Source of the DNA: Moniliella sp. 'wahieum'
Lineage: Eukaryota
Length of the DNA stretch: 64,000 nt
Direction: 5' to 3'
NCBI GenBank assembly: GCA_003971905.1
Contig: RSEE01000020.1
Span: 620,001 to 684,000, forward strand
Shown here: piece after piece, positions 42,006 to 53,980 of the stretch
Layout of the letters: each line of letters opens with the position of its first letter
How positions within the stretch are numbered: position 1 is the stretch's first letter
The notes under the pieces: model-generated
Seen by the model: only the letters and a program-made list of their open reading frames with translations
Databases searched by the model: none
Told to the model about the DNA's origin: nothing
Program-made: the position numbers and the translations under genes

Positions 42006-44630
42006 ATGTCCTCTGTGCCCCATTGGGCCATGTCCGCCTCTTCCAGTGGCACGGGCGGCATGGACATCGCCATTCCCTCCTCGGCTCCAAGAGCAGCTTT
42101 ACCCTTGCCTTATTTTCGCTCTAATTATCCGTCTCAGGGGTCGCACCAAGGACTGCACTCCCCCCAGCCTAACCGTCAGGGGGAGGGGATCCGTCAGGAA
42201 AGTGCCGCCCTCTTCTCCTCCCCTCATCGACCCTCTGGTGACCTCACCTCTCTTCAACCCACCCCTCACTCCGTCGCCATCGCGGCTCTCGCGGAGATCT
42301 ATCCACTGTCCGTTCCGCTCTTGCTTCAGGCATCTCCCCCAACCATTCTCATGGAGGAATCACTCTTTTGCATGCCGCCTCGGCCGCAGGGCACCAAGAC
42401 GTGGTCTCCCTCCTTTTGGCTCATGGCGCCAACCCAACTCTGCCGCGGTGGAATCCGACACGTTCCGCTTCCTCCCCTCTTCCGTCATCTGGTGTGCCCG
42501 CGGTGCCCCAGGGTGCTACTGCCCCCTCCATTTAGCGGTGGCCAACTCACACCCCAAGGTGGTCAAATTGCTGCTCGAAGCAGGTGCCCGGCCAGATGCC
42601 CTTGACGCCAATGGTACCACCCCACTCGAGTTGGCAAGAGAGGCTGCACGCGCCCTCCTCAACCAAAGCCACGAGCAATCTCTCCCACAAGGGAGGCACT
42701 CCCGTGCAAGAAGTCCATGATTGACTGTTCCGACGGCTTTGGTTCATCCTACTCTGTGATAGGCACCGATAATCCAACCCCTTCCTCCTCTTCCCTTGCT
42801 TCTTGCCGGAAAAAACTGAGCCCTGCGTCCTTGGAATGGAGCTATCCTCAGTCTTTTTCCGCCAAGGGAAGCGCCAACACGTTATATTCTCACTCCCCAT
42901 TCTCCTCCCCCAACCCCTCACCACCACCAAAAGTCACACAATCCTGCCCTACTTCGATCCATGCTGCTCACATACCCTCGAGCCCAGTCACCCCCAATGG
43001 TCCATTCTCCCCCCTCATCGCCTTCTCTTCAAAATCCAGCGTTCCCTGGTTCTTTCCTTCGTTCTTCCGCTTTCCCCCGCCCAGTTCCCAAGACACATCA
43101 TCATGAACTGGACTCCTCCGGCGTGTCCACTCTCACCCATCGCTCTGGCCCCTTCATCTCCTCCTCTCCCAACAGCAGTGTAGGCTCGGGGGCCGCGCTA
43201 CCCCTCTCGGTCAGGGGGGGCGATTCAACAGCGCCGACCGTCGCTACCGAGCATCACTGAACGGAAGGTCTCCATCTTGAAGGAGCCCCATTCGGCCTAC
43301 AACGTCGCCACCACATCCTGGCCTCGTGACGGACAGACGGCGGCGGACAGTATCAGTACTAAGGACGAGTGGGAAGAGTTGGCGTCGCACTCGCCTCCCT
43401 CTCGCTCTTCCCCACCCCCAATCGTGGGTGGAGCATGGTACACCCCCGTTGGCATGCCTGCCGGGCGATCGCCCTCTTCCGTTCCCAGGAAGCAGCACAC
43501 TACTCCTCGGAAGAGACGGGGTTCTCGACGAACCTCGCCAACGGTTTTGTCCCCTCCCCATCGCCAGGCTCACCGGGTTTAGGATGCTTACTTCCCATAC
43601 CTCTGAATCCTCTTTCGGCCTCGGCCCAAGCAGCAGCCATCCTCCAGCACAGCCCCACAGGGGAGACGCTAACGCACCAACTCGCGTCCTTGGGACAAGC
43701 GTTGCAGCGGGAACGCAATTCTGGCCCAAAGGGGTTTCTCCCCAAGACGGGGGAAGGCGATGGGCACCGCCTCTCGCCCCGGCCATGCGCTCGTCCTGGC
43801 GCGCTGCGCCACTCACCTCTTCTTTTGCCACCCTCGTTCCGCCGGCATCAGGTCTCGCTGCTCGTCGGGGCCATGGATCAGGCCCTGCCCCATTGCACCC
43901 GCCCCCCTCGCTTTCTTCGGGGAGTTCCAAATGGAAAGGCAACCAATCCCCCTGGAAACCGGTTGGTCCTCCGGCACCCGATTCCACCGAGGAGACTGCC
44001 ATTTTTGTCATCTCCGATGCCACCTCCCCGAATGCTGTGCCTGATGAACCCCACGTCACTTGGCGCCGGGACGTGCCGAGCTTGCGTCCGCTGCCTAATG
44101 TGATACCGATCGGGTCCGACGTCTCCCGTTCCTCGCCCGTATCGTCTTCCTACCCTTCCTGCATGCCAGAATTGGAGACGAGCGGCCCCAATCCCTGCCG
44201 GCCAGTCGTGCTACCCGTGACCATGCAGCCACTTCGTTCTGCGCCCGCTCAGTTCGCCGCACCATTTGGTAGGGGCGGCGCCAGCCGGTTCCGCCAGATG
44301 GAAGAAGGCGAGGGATCGATCTGGTCGCGTTCCTGGAGCGTGGGGGGCGAAGAAACGTCCTGTCTTCCGGGCCCGGCTCAGCCTACCCAACGCTTTCGTA
44401 CTGGCTCGATGGACGCTCTGCGTCCGCTGGCCAAGGCCTCCTTTCCCCTCCTCCGACGGTCCGAGTCAGCCACGCGGCCTTGGGAGGACGTGTGGACGTC
44501 CGAGGCGGATGAAGGTAGGTGCGCCACAAGTCCTGCTAAACCCTTCCGTTCCGCCTCGGCCTACCCCGTCATTCGACGGGTCAAGTCCGAGGCGCTCGGA
44601 GTGGTGCACAAGATGTTTGACAAGAAGTAG
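42006..44630 (+). CDS. Ankyrin-repeat protein with long Ser/Pro-rich C-terminus
   Basis: HAASAAGHQDVVSLLLAHGANP and PLHLAVANSHPKVVKLLLEAGARPDALDANGTTPLELA; heavily frameshifted, boundaries approximate. Confidence 0.7.
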
Positions 44631-44879
44631 CCCCCTTGCTCTCCCCTCCTGAACGTTGAATGTTGAAGCCTCTATTGTCACCTGTATGGCACCCCGTCGC
44701 CTTTCCTTCAGTGCCTATTGCTGTCCCCTCTCTTTGTCCCACCTACCTACAACACGATTCTTTACGCTCTTTCGCGCCTGCATATATCCCTGCCTCCCGT
44801 ACTGATCCCCCCCCCGTCTGCACTAGTTACCCTCGTTATACATGTTTCCCCACCCTCAATTTCATGGAAAAAAGGAAGA

Positions 44880-47800
44880 CTACTCGGTCCCTACACTCTT
44901 CTTCCCCGCATCTCCTTCGGGCCAGGAAGGGTTAACGGGGCGTAAGTGTGGCTGGCAATCTGGACTGTAGCGGAGTCCAATGCGTGTGACCAACTGGGCC
45001 ACCCGGCGCACCAAGGCCGAGGGCGGCGCGGCGCGGTTGCGTTCCACCTCGCGCTCCAGCGTAGCATAGGCATCTAACCGGTGAGGCAGCTCGGGCCCGC
45101 GCTCCAAAGTGATTCGCAGCCCAGCACGTGCAGCTGGGACACAAGACAGCCCGCATGGGCGTACGCTGCACCAGGGGTCCGGGTTAGTATCTGATTCCCT
45201 CTAACCAAGAGGGAGTGGAGTGAAGGGATTGGAGCACAGGGGGTACATACCTTCTGCCGCATGATCCAGATACTGAGTTGCCTGGTCCCAATGCGCTCGC
45301 GCCATATCCTGCGCTGCCGACATGGATCCAGCGACACTGCTGGCCAACAGACCTAGTTCGACCTGGGCCAGATCGAGGTAGGCGCCAGCGCGTGTTTCCG
45401 GATTGGGGTCGATGCAGGCCAAAGCGGCGGCGGTGGGCCATTGTCGTACCACCCGCTGTGCCTGCGGGGCAAGGTGAGCAGCAGCCAAGGTACCCGCTGC
45501 CGAGAGCAAGATAGACCGTGCTTCCCTCCCATTCCCGTTCCCCCCCGCTTCGGATGCAGCAAGCGAGAGGGATGCCAGGTCGGCCAATCCGAGCGTGGCT
45601 ACATGTTGCCGTGCCCAGGGGATACCCTCGGCCAAGGCCGCGCCAAGGAGCTCGTCCTTTCTCGAGGACGGAGGCGGCAAGCCAGCCCAGACACGTGGGT
45701 TAGGCGCAAGTACATGGGGCGCAGGATCGAGGAGCCCTTGGTCCTGGAGGAAAGTAAGATCGCCCAGACGCTCGGCACGACGAGCCTGCAGGGCCAGGAT
45801 GCCACCTACACAGGCCAGCCAGCCGGGATAGGAAGGGTGAGGTAGAGCGCCGACGACCGTTGGATGCAACACTTGGCCTAGCGCAGAGGTATACTCCCCT
45901 CTCAGGGCCGTGCGACGCGCTGAGATAAGAAGCGCATCGAGTGGGGATGCAGTTTCGGCGGCTGCCCAGGTGGACGCGGTACTGCTGGGATTCGGGGGGG
46001 CACCCAACGCACTGGCCAAGGCGGCGGGAGGAAGGTCGGGAGAGGGAGGATGGGGTGCAGCGCCCAGGACCAAGGGGAAGAAGACCGCCGCAAGGCATGG
46101 GCCAGGAGTACATCGGATGCTGCAGTGTTCCCTACCACACCCCAGAGGTGAGCACGAAGTGCATCCGCTCGAACCGAAGTGCGGGCCACACTAGCCCGCG
46201 GCTCGAGGGGGAGCTTGGGCAGTGGTGGTGGGTGGTAACGGGTACGATGGAGGACCCGATCCCGGCTCCGGAGACAGGATGGCCGTTGCCTGCGCCCCGG
46301 CTCCGAGAAGCACGAGGGCGATGGGTGGAGGCATAGACCGCATGGACCCGGGCCCCCCAGAGCAGCGACCGCTCTGCAGGAGCTGAAGCCATGACGGAGA
46401 CAATGGGACCAGGGGAGGGGTTCGCTCCCCCGCCCCGCAAGCTGCGTGGCCAGGTAAGGCTGGTAAGAGCGTTCAACGCCTGGACAGGGCCAAGGGTGCG
46501 GGTATAGAAGTAGCCGAGCGAGACATGCCAGAGCGTCTCGCCGGAAAAGGGTGTCAGAAGAGAGAAATCCACCCCTTCGGGGGGAAAGCGAGCGGGGAAG
46601 GCACGCTGGGCCTCCCCTTGCGTATCAGTGGGTTGTTTTGTCTTGGAGGTGGGGCGGGTGTTGAGAGCAGCACATCGAGAGAGGAGAGCAGCACATAGGG
46701 CCATCGCATCCCGGTCCTGGGCCAAACGCGCGTGCGAAGAAGCCTCACGTGCCATCTTTGCTGCAACGCGGGCAACAGAGGAGACCTCTATTGGAACATA
46801 AGGCGAGGAAGTGGAGTCCTTTGGCCCTGACGAGAGCAATGGCGGAGGTGGGGATGAGAGCTGGAGCGCTGCCAGACCCATCTGAGCATAGTGGTGCAGT
46901 TCATGTTCTGATCCAGGTGGGACATAGTCAAAGAAGCTTCGTAATGCCTCGGGAGCGAGAGATCGGTCCCCCGACCAAAGGGATTGCACAAAGCGATCAT
47001 ACGCTGTCACTCGGGCTTCATACTCGCCCTCCTTCCGTGGATAGAAGGCCGCCAGCTCCTCGGCCCCTGGTTGGGCTAGGCGGTGCTGTGGGTAAGGCAC
47101 CATTTCATTGGGGTAATGGGAGAGTCGCCATGGAGGTCCGTACCGTCAGAATTGTCGCGAGATAATTTCAACGCGAAACAGGCGGGAGAGCAAGGCGAGC
47201 GGGACAGGGCGGGTAAAGGAGTAGAAGTCGACCAAGCTGGGGTCGCTTGTACCCAACGGCGCCAGATTTCGTAACGACGAGCCTGCCCGCTCGGGAAGAA
47301 GGCTCCATCTGAGCCGTGCCCTGCGTATCTGGACTCCGAGGAAGCTCCGAGTATAGAACGGCATAGATGAAGGCACCACAGACGCAGAAGAGGGCGTGAG
47401 GCCATCCCTTCCTCCCAACGCAGACACAGGGGCAGGCCGAATGGCCGCGTTGAAATAGGTTGTGATCCATGCTGAGGACATACCGGGTTTGGGCATGTGG
47501 TGCTCCTCGGTTGTTGTGGTGGCGTGGTCAATCCCGCCTGTTCGATTGCGAGAGGTGGAGCTGGCGCTGGCGTCGCCCATGTCGAAGAAGAACGTGTTAA
47601 GGTCGCGTTGTGTTTGAGTGAGCCGATGCGAGCAGAAACTGGCGCCACAACCGCAGCAGTAGTCAAGGCTAGGGCCATTGTCACTATCTTGGCATCTGGC
47701 AAAGCCGGACTGCTAGGCTCGGTTGAGGAAGCGGGGGCGGCAACCAGGAGGACACGAGCTGCATGGCACTTGCCCTTGGAGAGACTGGAGCCAGAGCACA

Positions 47801-48285
47801 GCATTTGTGTGGCAGATCCACTGCCGAGAAGTGGCGGACTGCAAAGAGCATGGCTGCTGCCAGTGCTTCCTGGACCAGGGAGCGAGAAATTGGGCGCTTG
47901 GGCCTCGCGTTGGCGGGGAGAGCAGAAGGGCCAGAGCCAGCTGGGGACGATGGGGGTTGGACATCGTCGAATGGGTGCCCGATGTCCGCTGTGGAAGGAG
48001 ACTGGCTGGATAAGGAGGAGTGGGTGGGACTGGAATGCGACGACTTGGGGCCATTTTGCTCGGCCACTGGACAGCCGCGTCGGCGGCGTCGGCGAGCCAC
48101 ACCGCGTTGGCCCCGACGGTGGCCACGTGCTGGAGGAGGGCAAACACGGCGATGCCATCGGGGGTGATGGCGCCGGGCTTGGCCGTGGCGGCGATGGACA
48201 TGGCGGGAGGCGGTGTGGTGGTGGATGTTGTTGCGGTCGGTGCGGTGCGCGGGGGAGCGCGTGGGTAGAAGTCACTCGGCTCCAT
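44880..48285 (-). CDS. APC5: Anaphase-promoting complex subunit 5-like protein
   Basis: N-terminal ITPDGIAVFALL. GDRSLAPEALRSFFDY...LHHYAQMGLAALQ...AREASSHARLAQDRDAMALC resembles the Apc5 GDY..A..LHRYFDY/ALL.LA/EA...AR...D..CL block. Confidence 0.6.
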
Positions 48286-48435
48286 ATTCACCCCGGCAAA
48301 CAGCAGCCCCCAGCGAGAAGAAGCGGAATGGGACACGCGCAGAGTGGGGGGAGTGTCCACGCCAGGCAGCCTCGCTATAAACGCTCCGCGCACCCTCCCC
48401 CCACCACCGCCACCACCACCGGCGCAGCGCATGGG

Positions 48436-50786
48436 ATGGTGCTGGTGTGTATCCGGCGATACGAGCGAATGCTGGGCTGCTCTGGTGCTGACACAACCCG
48501 CTGTGTGATCTCAGGCGCCACAGGATGCGCTTGCCTTCCTCAACCAAGTCCAGCTAGCCTGGCAGCTCGGCCAGGCGTTTCCCCAGCGTCCTTCGCCTTC
48601 TGTCCGATTTTGAGAATGGCGTGTGCGACGTGGCCAGCTTAAGTACCAAGTTCGTCGACTTGCTTCGAGTCATCCGAACCTCATTTCCAAGTTCCATGTA
48701 CTTCTCGCTCCTGCCGATTCCAATGACGCTGTGTCCCCTGCCCACTGCGCTACGCTCTGTCCGAACCCTGCGACACTTTTTACGCCACCTATCCCACTCC
48801 CTCTACCGCAGCTGGCATGATGGAGGTGCGCCCCGCCGTGTTTTGGGAACAGGTCCGACAGGTCTGGGCGATCCTTCGGTGTACACCGAGTTCCTTCAGC
48901 TTGTCCATCTGTACTCACAACACACGATTGATCTACCCACCTTCCTCGACCGGTCCGCAGCGTTTCTTGGAGGGGACCCAGACTTATGGGGTACATTGGT
49001 ATCTCTCGTGTCTTCTTCACCTCCTCAAACCACTATCCTCCCCGATTGAGCGTCTTAATCCTTCGTACCAGTTCCTCTCGGATTCTCGCGAACGCGCAGC
49101 CAAGTGCAGCGGCGGAGAGACGCACTGTAACGAAGTATTGAACGACGAGTGGTTTGCGGACCCTATTGCGTGGACGGATGGAGATGCGCTGGAGCCGTTC
49201 CGCAAAATTGGGCCGAGGAAGCTCTGTTTCGCACCGAAGAGGAGCGACATGAACTGATTTTTATCTCAACCGTCATTCGGCGAGCCATTCCTTTCTTCAA
49301 ACAGTTTATCATCTCATCGACGCCCTTCCGCTGAACGAGCAAGCGAGATATACTCTTTCCCCGACTTGGATCCCGGAGCTCGAACTGCATACATTGTCAC
49401 GATCAAGAAAGTCTATGGGCCACACAGTTTGGCCCGGCGGTGATTGACGCTCTCCATTTCACCTGCACAGACATCCCCACAATTTTGTCCCGGTTGCAAA
49501 AAAAAGGAGGCCGAGTGGTCCCAATCTAAGACGGAGTGGAACGTTGTCTGGAAGGAGGTGGAAGCTCGCTCTTTCCTCCCTTCACTTGAACACCAACTTC
49601 CCTCTTTCCAAAATAGAGACAGGAAAGCCATCTCCTCCCGTGAGCTCATGACTGAGATTGAGGTGCGCAAGGCTGAGCACTTACAAGCCGCAACTCTTCA
49701 GGAGTGGCACCTCCTCTACTCTATTGACGACCCTTCGGTTCTGGTGGATGCTGTTCAGCTTGTACTGGTTTTGTTGTCTCACGAGTGGGTCATGAACAAG
49801 ATCGACACGGCCAAGACCAAGGCTCTTTTTCGCGATTTTCTGGTCCGGTTTTTTGGTGTGCCAGAAGATATGTTTGCTCACTTGTCCCTTTTGGACAAAC
49901 TGGACCTTCCAGAGGCGGAGATGGGTCCCCACCAATCCAGTCCTGCCGTACCGGAAAATTACCGTTTATGGGACAGCCAAGGTCTACCACTTCATCCGCC
50001 TTTTGCACATTGCTTACGCTCGGTTGCTCAATTTAAACTAGCATGCCACAAACCAACAGCCCCTGGGCAACCCCAGCCAGGTCCTCGTCCCCTCCAAGGG
50101 CACGAGTATTCAGTGGTACTCAAGCTCAGTGAATATTGGCTTACTTCCTCCCTGTCCGAGACGGAGTATCTCGAGTCGGTGCGATTTCTATTCCCTCTTG
50201 ACGCATATTTGCTCTCCACTCTCGATCGGCTTTTGGGCAAGTTGCTCGTGCAGCCCAAGCCGTTGTGGTCGACGAGACTACCATGGACCTTCTTCCCTTT
50301 GCTCGTCAAGAGAATGCGCAAAATTCGCTTGCACAAGCTCTTGCCCGTACTACTGGTCATCTCTTCTCCATGTCGGTCCATGATGGCAAACTAGGAATCT
50401 CTCTCCTTTGCAGCCGGGGGGACGGGGACGACCGAAAGGATTTGGGCCTGAACCTGGACACACCCATCCTTCATGAAGACGCGTGGCTCTCCTACGTAAG
50501 GAGATACGCTTCTCCCGAGCCCACTTTACCCATCGCGCCTCCGTTCCTTCGGCGCAACCTGCGCCATTCTCAAGATGGCCATGATCCTTTGGGTACACGC
50601 TATCTCCATTGTTCTGGTCTTGTCTTTCGCATCGACTTGGTTTCCTATCGTCTCTTTTTCGAGGCTGGTTCGGAGGATGTGTTTGTGCGCCGTCGTCCTG
50701 TTTCTCCCTCGGGTTCTCGTTCATCACATATCAATCGAGAGAACCGCTTGAAGGACCTTCTGGCCACTCGCCTGGCCTCGTTCTGA
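48436..50786 (+). CDS. Compact, divergent Sin3-family co-repressor (two PAH-like domains, HID, C-terminal domain)
   Basis: Micro-exon ATGGTGCTG, intron 48445-48514, then QDALAFLNQVQL...LLSDFE...SHPNLISKFHVLL (PAH). Second PAH VYTEFLQLVHLYSQ..ID...FLG. HID PSY...CSG...CNEVLNDEW...EEALFRTEEERHE. C-terminal GLVFRIDLVSYRLFFEAGSEDVFVR. Confidence 0.82.
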
Positions 50787-50831
50787 GTTCTGACCATCTT
50801 GTATACTGGCCAAGAAGAGCATTATGAAACT

Positions 50832-52522
50832 TCATTCAACAAGAACCAAAGCACAGGGAGGGGCGTGTTCCCAGAAGCAGAGATATAGTTTGCCACTTTG
50901 TTCGTGCCAGCCCACTTGGTCAGAGGAGGCTCTTAACGGCCGTCCCGACGCCGGGTACAGGCCTGAAGGACCGACTTGACCCAGCCCGCGCACAGCATAA
51001 CCAGCTACAGTACGGAGCTTGACTCCATACTGGCCAGAACGTTCCTCCTCCCGTTCCTCAGCGTTGTAGGGGTCCAACTTATGTTCCAGCCACGGTTTGG
51101 CGTGCAACACGTGCGGCACCAGCTCGTCGCTAGAAACTTGGGCTCGTCGGGAGGCAGAGTATGGTAAGCACGTTTTCTCCCGCAGGAGGGGGGTCCACCC
51201 CGATCGAGTTCCCGCGTCAGGACCGGGAAGCGGGGACGCGGCCGCGGTGGTCTTGCGTCTACGCAGCTCCTTGATGCGCTCTGTCTCGTCCACCAGGCGA
51301 GCGGCGTAGCTGCTCTCCAACCCGACCGAGGCAGGGGGGAGCGAGCCATCCCAAAGCGAGCGCACGTACCACATGTACGCATCCACCGAAGTGAACGGGG
51401 TATAGCTCACGGGCAGCCCGGCGAAGGCCAGCGACGGATTGCGGGCAAGAAGAGTCTGTTTGTGCACGCCGACGATGCGCGGGGCGACCAAGGGAGGGTG
51501 GCGGGGGGAAAGCGCTTCCTCCACGGTCCCCTGGCGCTCGGGGTGAATGCTCTGCCATGCGTTGGTCCATGCTGCACCCCAAAGCGCCTTCTCAATTGCT
51601 TGGATCCACGCAGGCTGCCCATCGTCGGGCTCAAAGGGCGTGTGGGCGGTACCTTGCCTGTACGCCTTGAGTGCCGCCTCATTCACCGCAGCACGGACTT
51701 GCGCGTAGGTAGGGGAGCTAGGGTCAAGTACTTGCTTGGCATGGGCGCTGATACGCTCCGCCTCTGGGGGGGTTAGCGGCCGACGCCACACCCTCGCATA
51801 GGGGTAGCGGTTGCCGTCGTACCCGGTTCCGTAGAGGATGGCATCGACCCCTCAAGTACCCGTCCCCCCAGTAGTTCCACATCCATCTTTCCCTCCCGCA
51901 CAGTAATCGAGGCGATCTCAGGCACATCTTCAATGCGGCGGTCTTTGAGCGAAGGAAAGAGGGGCGAAGGCTCAGACCGCACCGAGCGGTAGACCCGGAC
52001 CGGTCCGACCGACTCGGTCTTCTCGACAGGGGTGCCTTGAGTTCAAGATGGACATCTTGGTACACTGGGTCGTCGTCGTACGCATGCGCGTCCGGGTAGA
52101 GCTGAGCAATGTGCGCGGCCATGTCGTTGGCACTGTTTCCATTGCCCACAATGACCACTTTGCGGTTAAAGTAGGGCTCGGGACCACGGTACCACTTGGC
52201 ATGGTGCACCGCTTGGCCTTGGGCAATGGCCTCTTCAAGTCCCTTGACTACCGGATAGCCCGCATGGTCGTACCACCCACTTGCAAGCACAGCAGCGTCA
52301 ACGTGACTGAGCGACACTTGGTCCGCCGTACGCGTAGCCAGAATCCATCCGGCCGACTGGGCTAGATAGCCTTGTTTCTGTTGCGCCTCGCTGGGGGCTA
52401 GGGGCGGAAGCTCCCACACACCAAGAACATCAGTATTGGTCTGGAGACGACGGCCCTTGTCTGGCTGGTCGGCAAGGAAGGAGAGAATGTGCTGCTCGGT
52501 CTCGATGAGCGTGGGGAACGTC
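50832..52522 (-). pseudogene. Flavin-containing monooxygenase, 3' part (separated from its 5' part by the copia insertion)
   Basis: FPTLIETE..., AVLASGWY..., HHAKWYR (FMO signature variant), VVIVGNGNSAND (NADPH GxGxS), D.ILYGTGY and NPSLAFAGLP. Confidence 0.85.
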
Positions 52523-52681
52523 TGTTGACATCCGTCCTAGGACCGCGCGGACCCTGAGTCACGTGAGTCAGCTTTCATTCCTTCCGAGCTCGCACCAGTC
52601 TTCTGGACGAGTCAGTCGCAGAAGCTTCTTAGTCCAATACGACGTTCAGTGCTCACATTCTGGGTAGTAGCGAGGCCGACA
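52523..52681 (+). repeat. 5' LTR (159 bp)
   Basis: TGTTGACATCC...GAGGCCGACA; identical to the 3' LTR except one 1-nt indel (ttctgggtag vs ttctgtggtag). Confidence 0.97.
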
Positions 52682-52735
52682 GAGTTACATCCTTATCTGC
52701 TCATCCCTGAGCTGGCCAAAACTACACCCACAACC

Positions 52736-53980
52736 ATGGGCGCCAACGCTAACACCGATCTCTCGGTCAGCGACACCACAATGGTGAACAAGCGCGATTA
52801 CTGGACACCAACCGGTCGCGATCCGCCACCGATTGGCACCGACAACGAGGAACTCATGATGCTTTGCGCCGAAGCGCACCTGTGGTTCAAGAAGACGAAC
52901 GACATCGATGTCGTTAAAGAGAAGATCAACAGAGCTATACACGACAGAGCCGAGTGGCTTGGATGGAAGGACGAACCTACGTCTACCACGACAAACTGGG
53001 TTCGACGGGCTACGAATTTTGTGGTGCAAAACATCCACCAAATGGAAACTCAACCCAACGCAACTTTGGGGGCACCTACAGGCGCAGCCTCGCGACCCGA
53101 GTACGACCTTTACAGATCACTACGCGAGTCTCCCCCAAGAATATCAAGTGGCCTGATCTGAACAAAGACCCGTCCGCCTACAGCGCTTGGGAAGACGAAT
53201 TTCTCTTCGCGATAACAGATGCCACCCCCACGCAAGCGACGTCGTCCAGAATGGTCGCAGCTCCCGCTACTTCACCGAGACGACCTCGACAGACGCTTGC
53301 ACAACCTTCTTAGGGAAGCCATGCCGTCAACCCTCTTCCGGACGATCCGCACCCACCACGAAATATCATGCACCCAGGACACGCTGAACATGCTGCGTCA
53401 GCGGTATGGATATACGCCTACCGCAAACAGAGGGCCTCTACTCATTCGCTACTTTTCGGCCGACCAGGAAACGATCGGTCGAGACTACCTCGACTACATG
53501 GAAGAGATCAGTGCAAGCCTGACGCGAGCGGGCATCCCACTTACGGAAGAGCAGGAACGCACTGGGATCCTACTCGGCTTACGCGACATGAGCATTCGCC
53601 AGCGTGAAGAGCGCTCGAGTCTAGACAAGTTACGGCAGGCCGTGATGGACATACCAGCCGCCACGTATCCCGGTGGAGAAAGGAAGAGAAACGGAGGCAA
53701 GCCGGTCAACGGAGGAACGCCTTGGACTCGACCCGACAGCGGGGGACGACCCACCAGCGGGGGAAAAAACTCCAGCGGGGGCAAAGCCGGCGACGACAAC
53801 CTCGCGGACACAAAGACCAAGGGGCAAGACCGCACCAACCAACCCTGGCGCAGCGCGACGTCTAATAAACCTGTTGTCCCTCCGCGCAACCCAGGCCGAG
53901 CCAACGCTCACGTCGCTCAGAGAGCGAGCTCTCCCGAGTCTGAAGTGATTGACGTTGATGCGGGCACAGCTGACTACTAG
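52736..53980 (+). CDS. Retrotransposon Gag (frameshifted in this consensus), ends at in-frame TAG
   Basis: ATG 52736; capsid-like ...TLNMLRQRYG...DYLDYMEEISASLTRAGIPLTEEQERTGILLGL; basic G/K/R-rich tail without CCHC; TAG 53978-53980. Confidence 0.75.
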
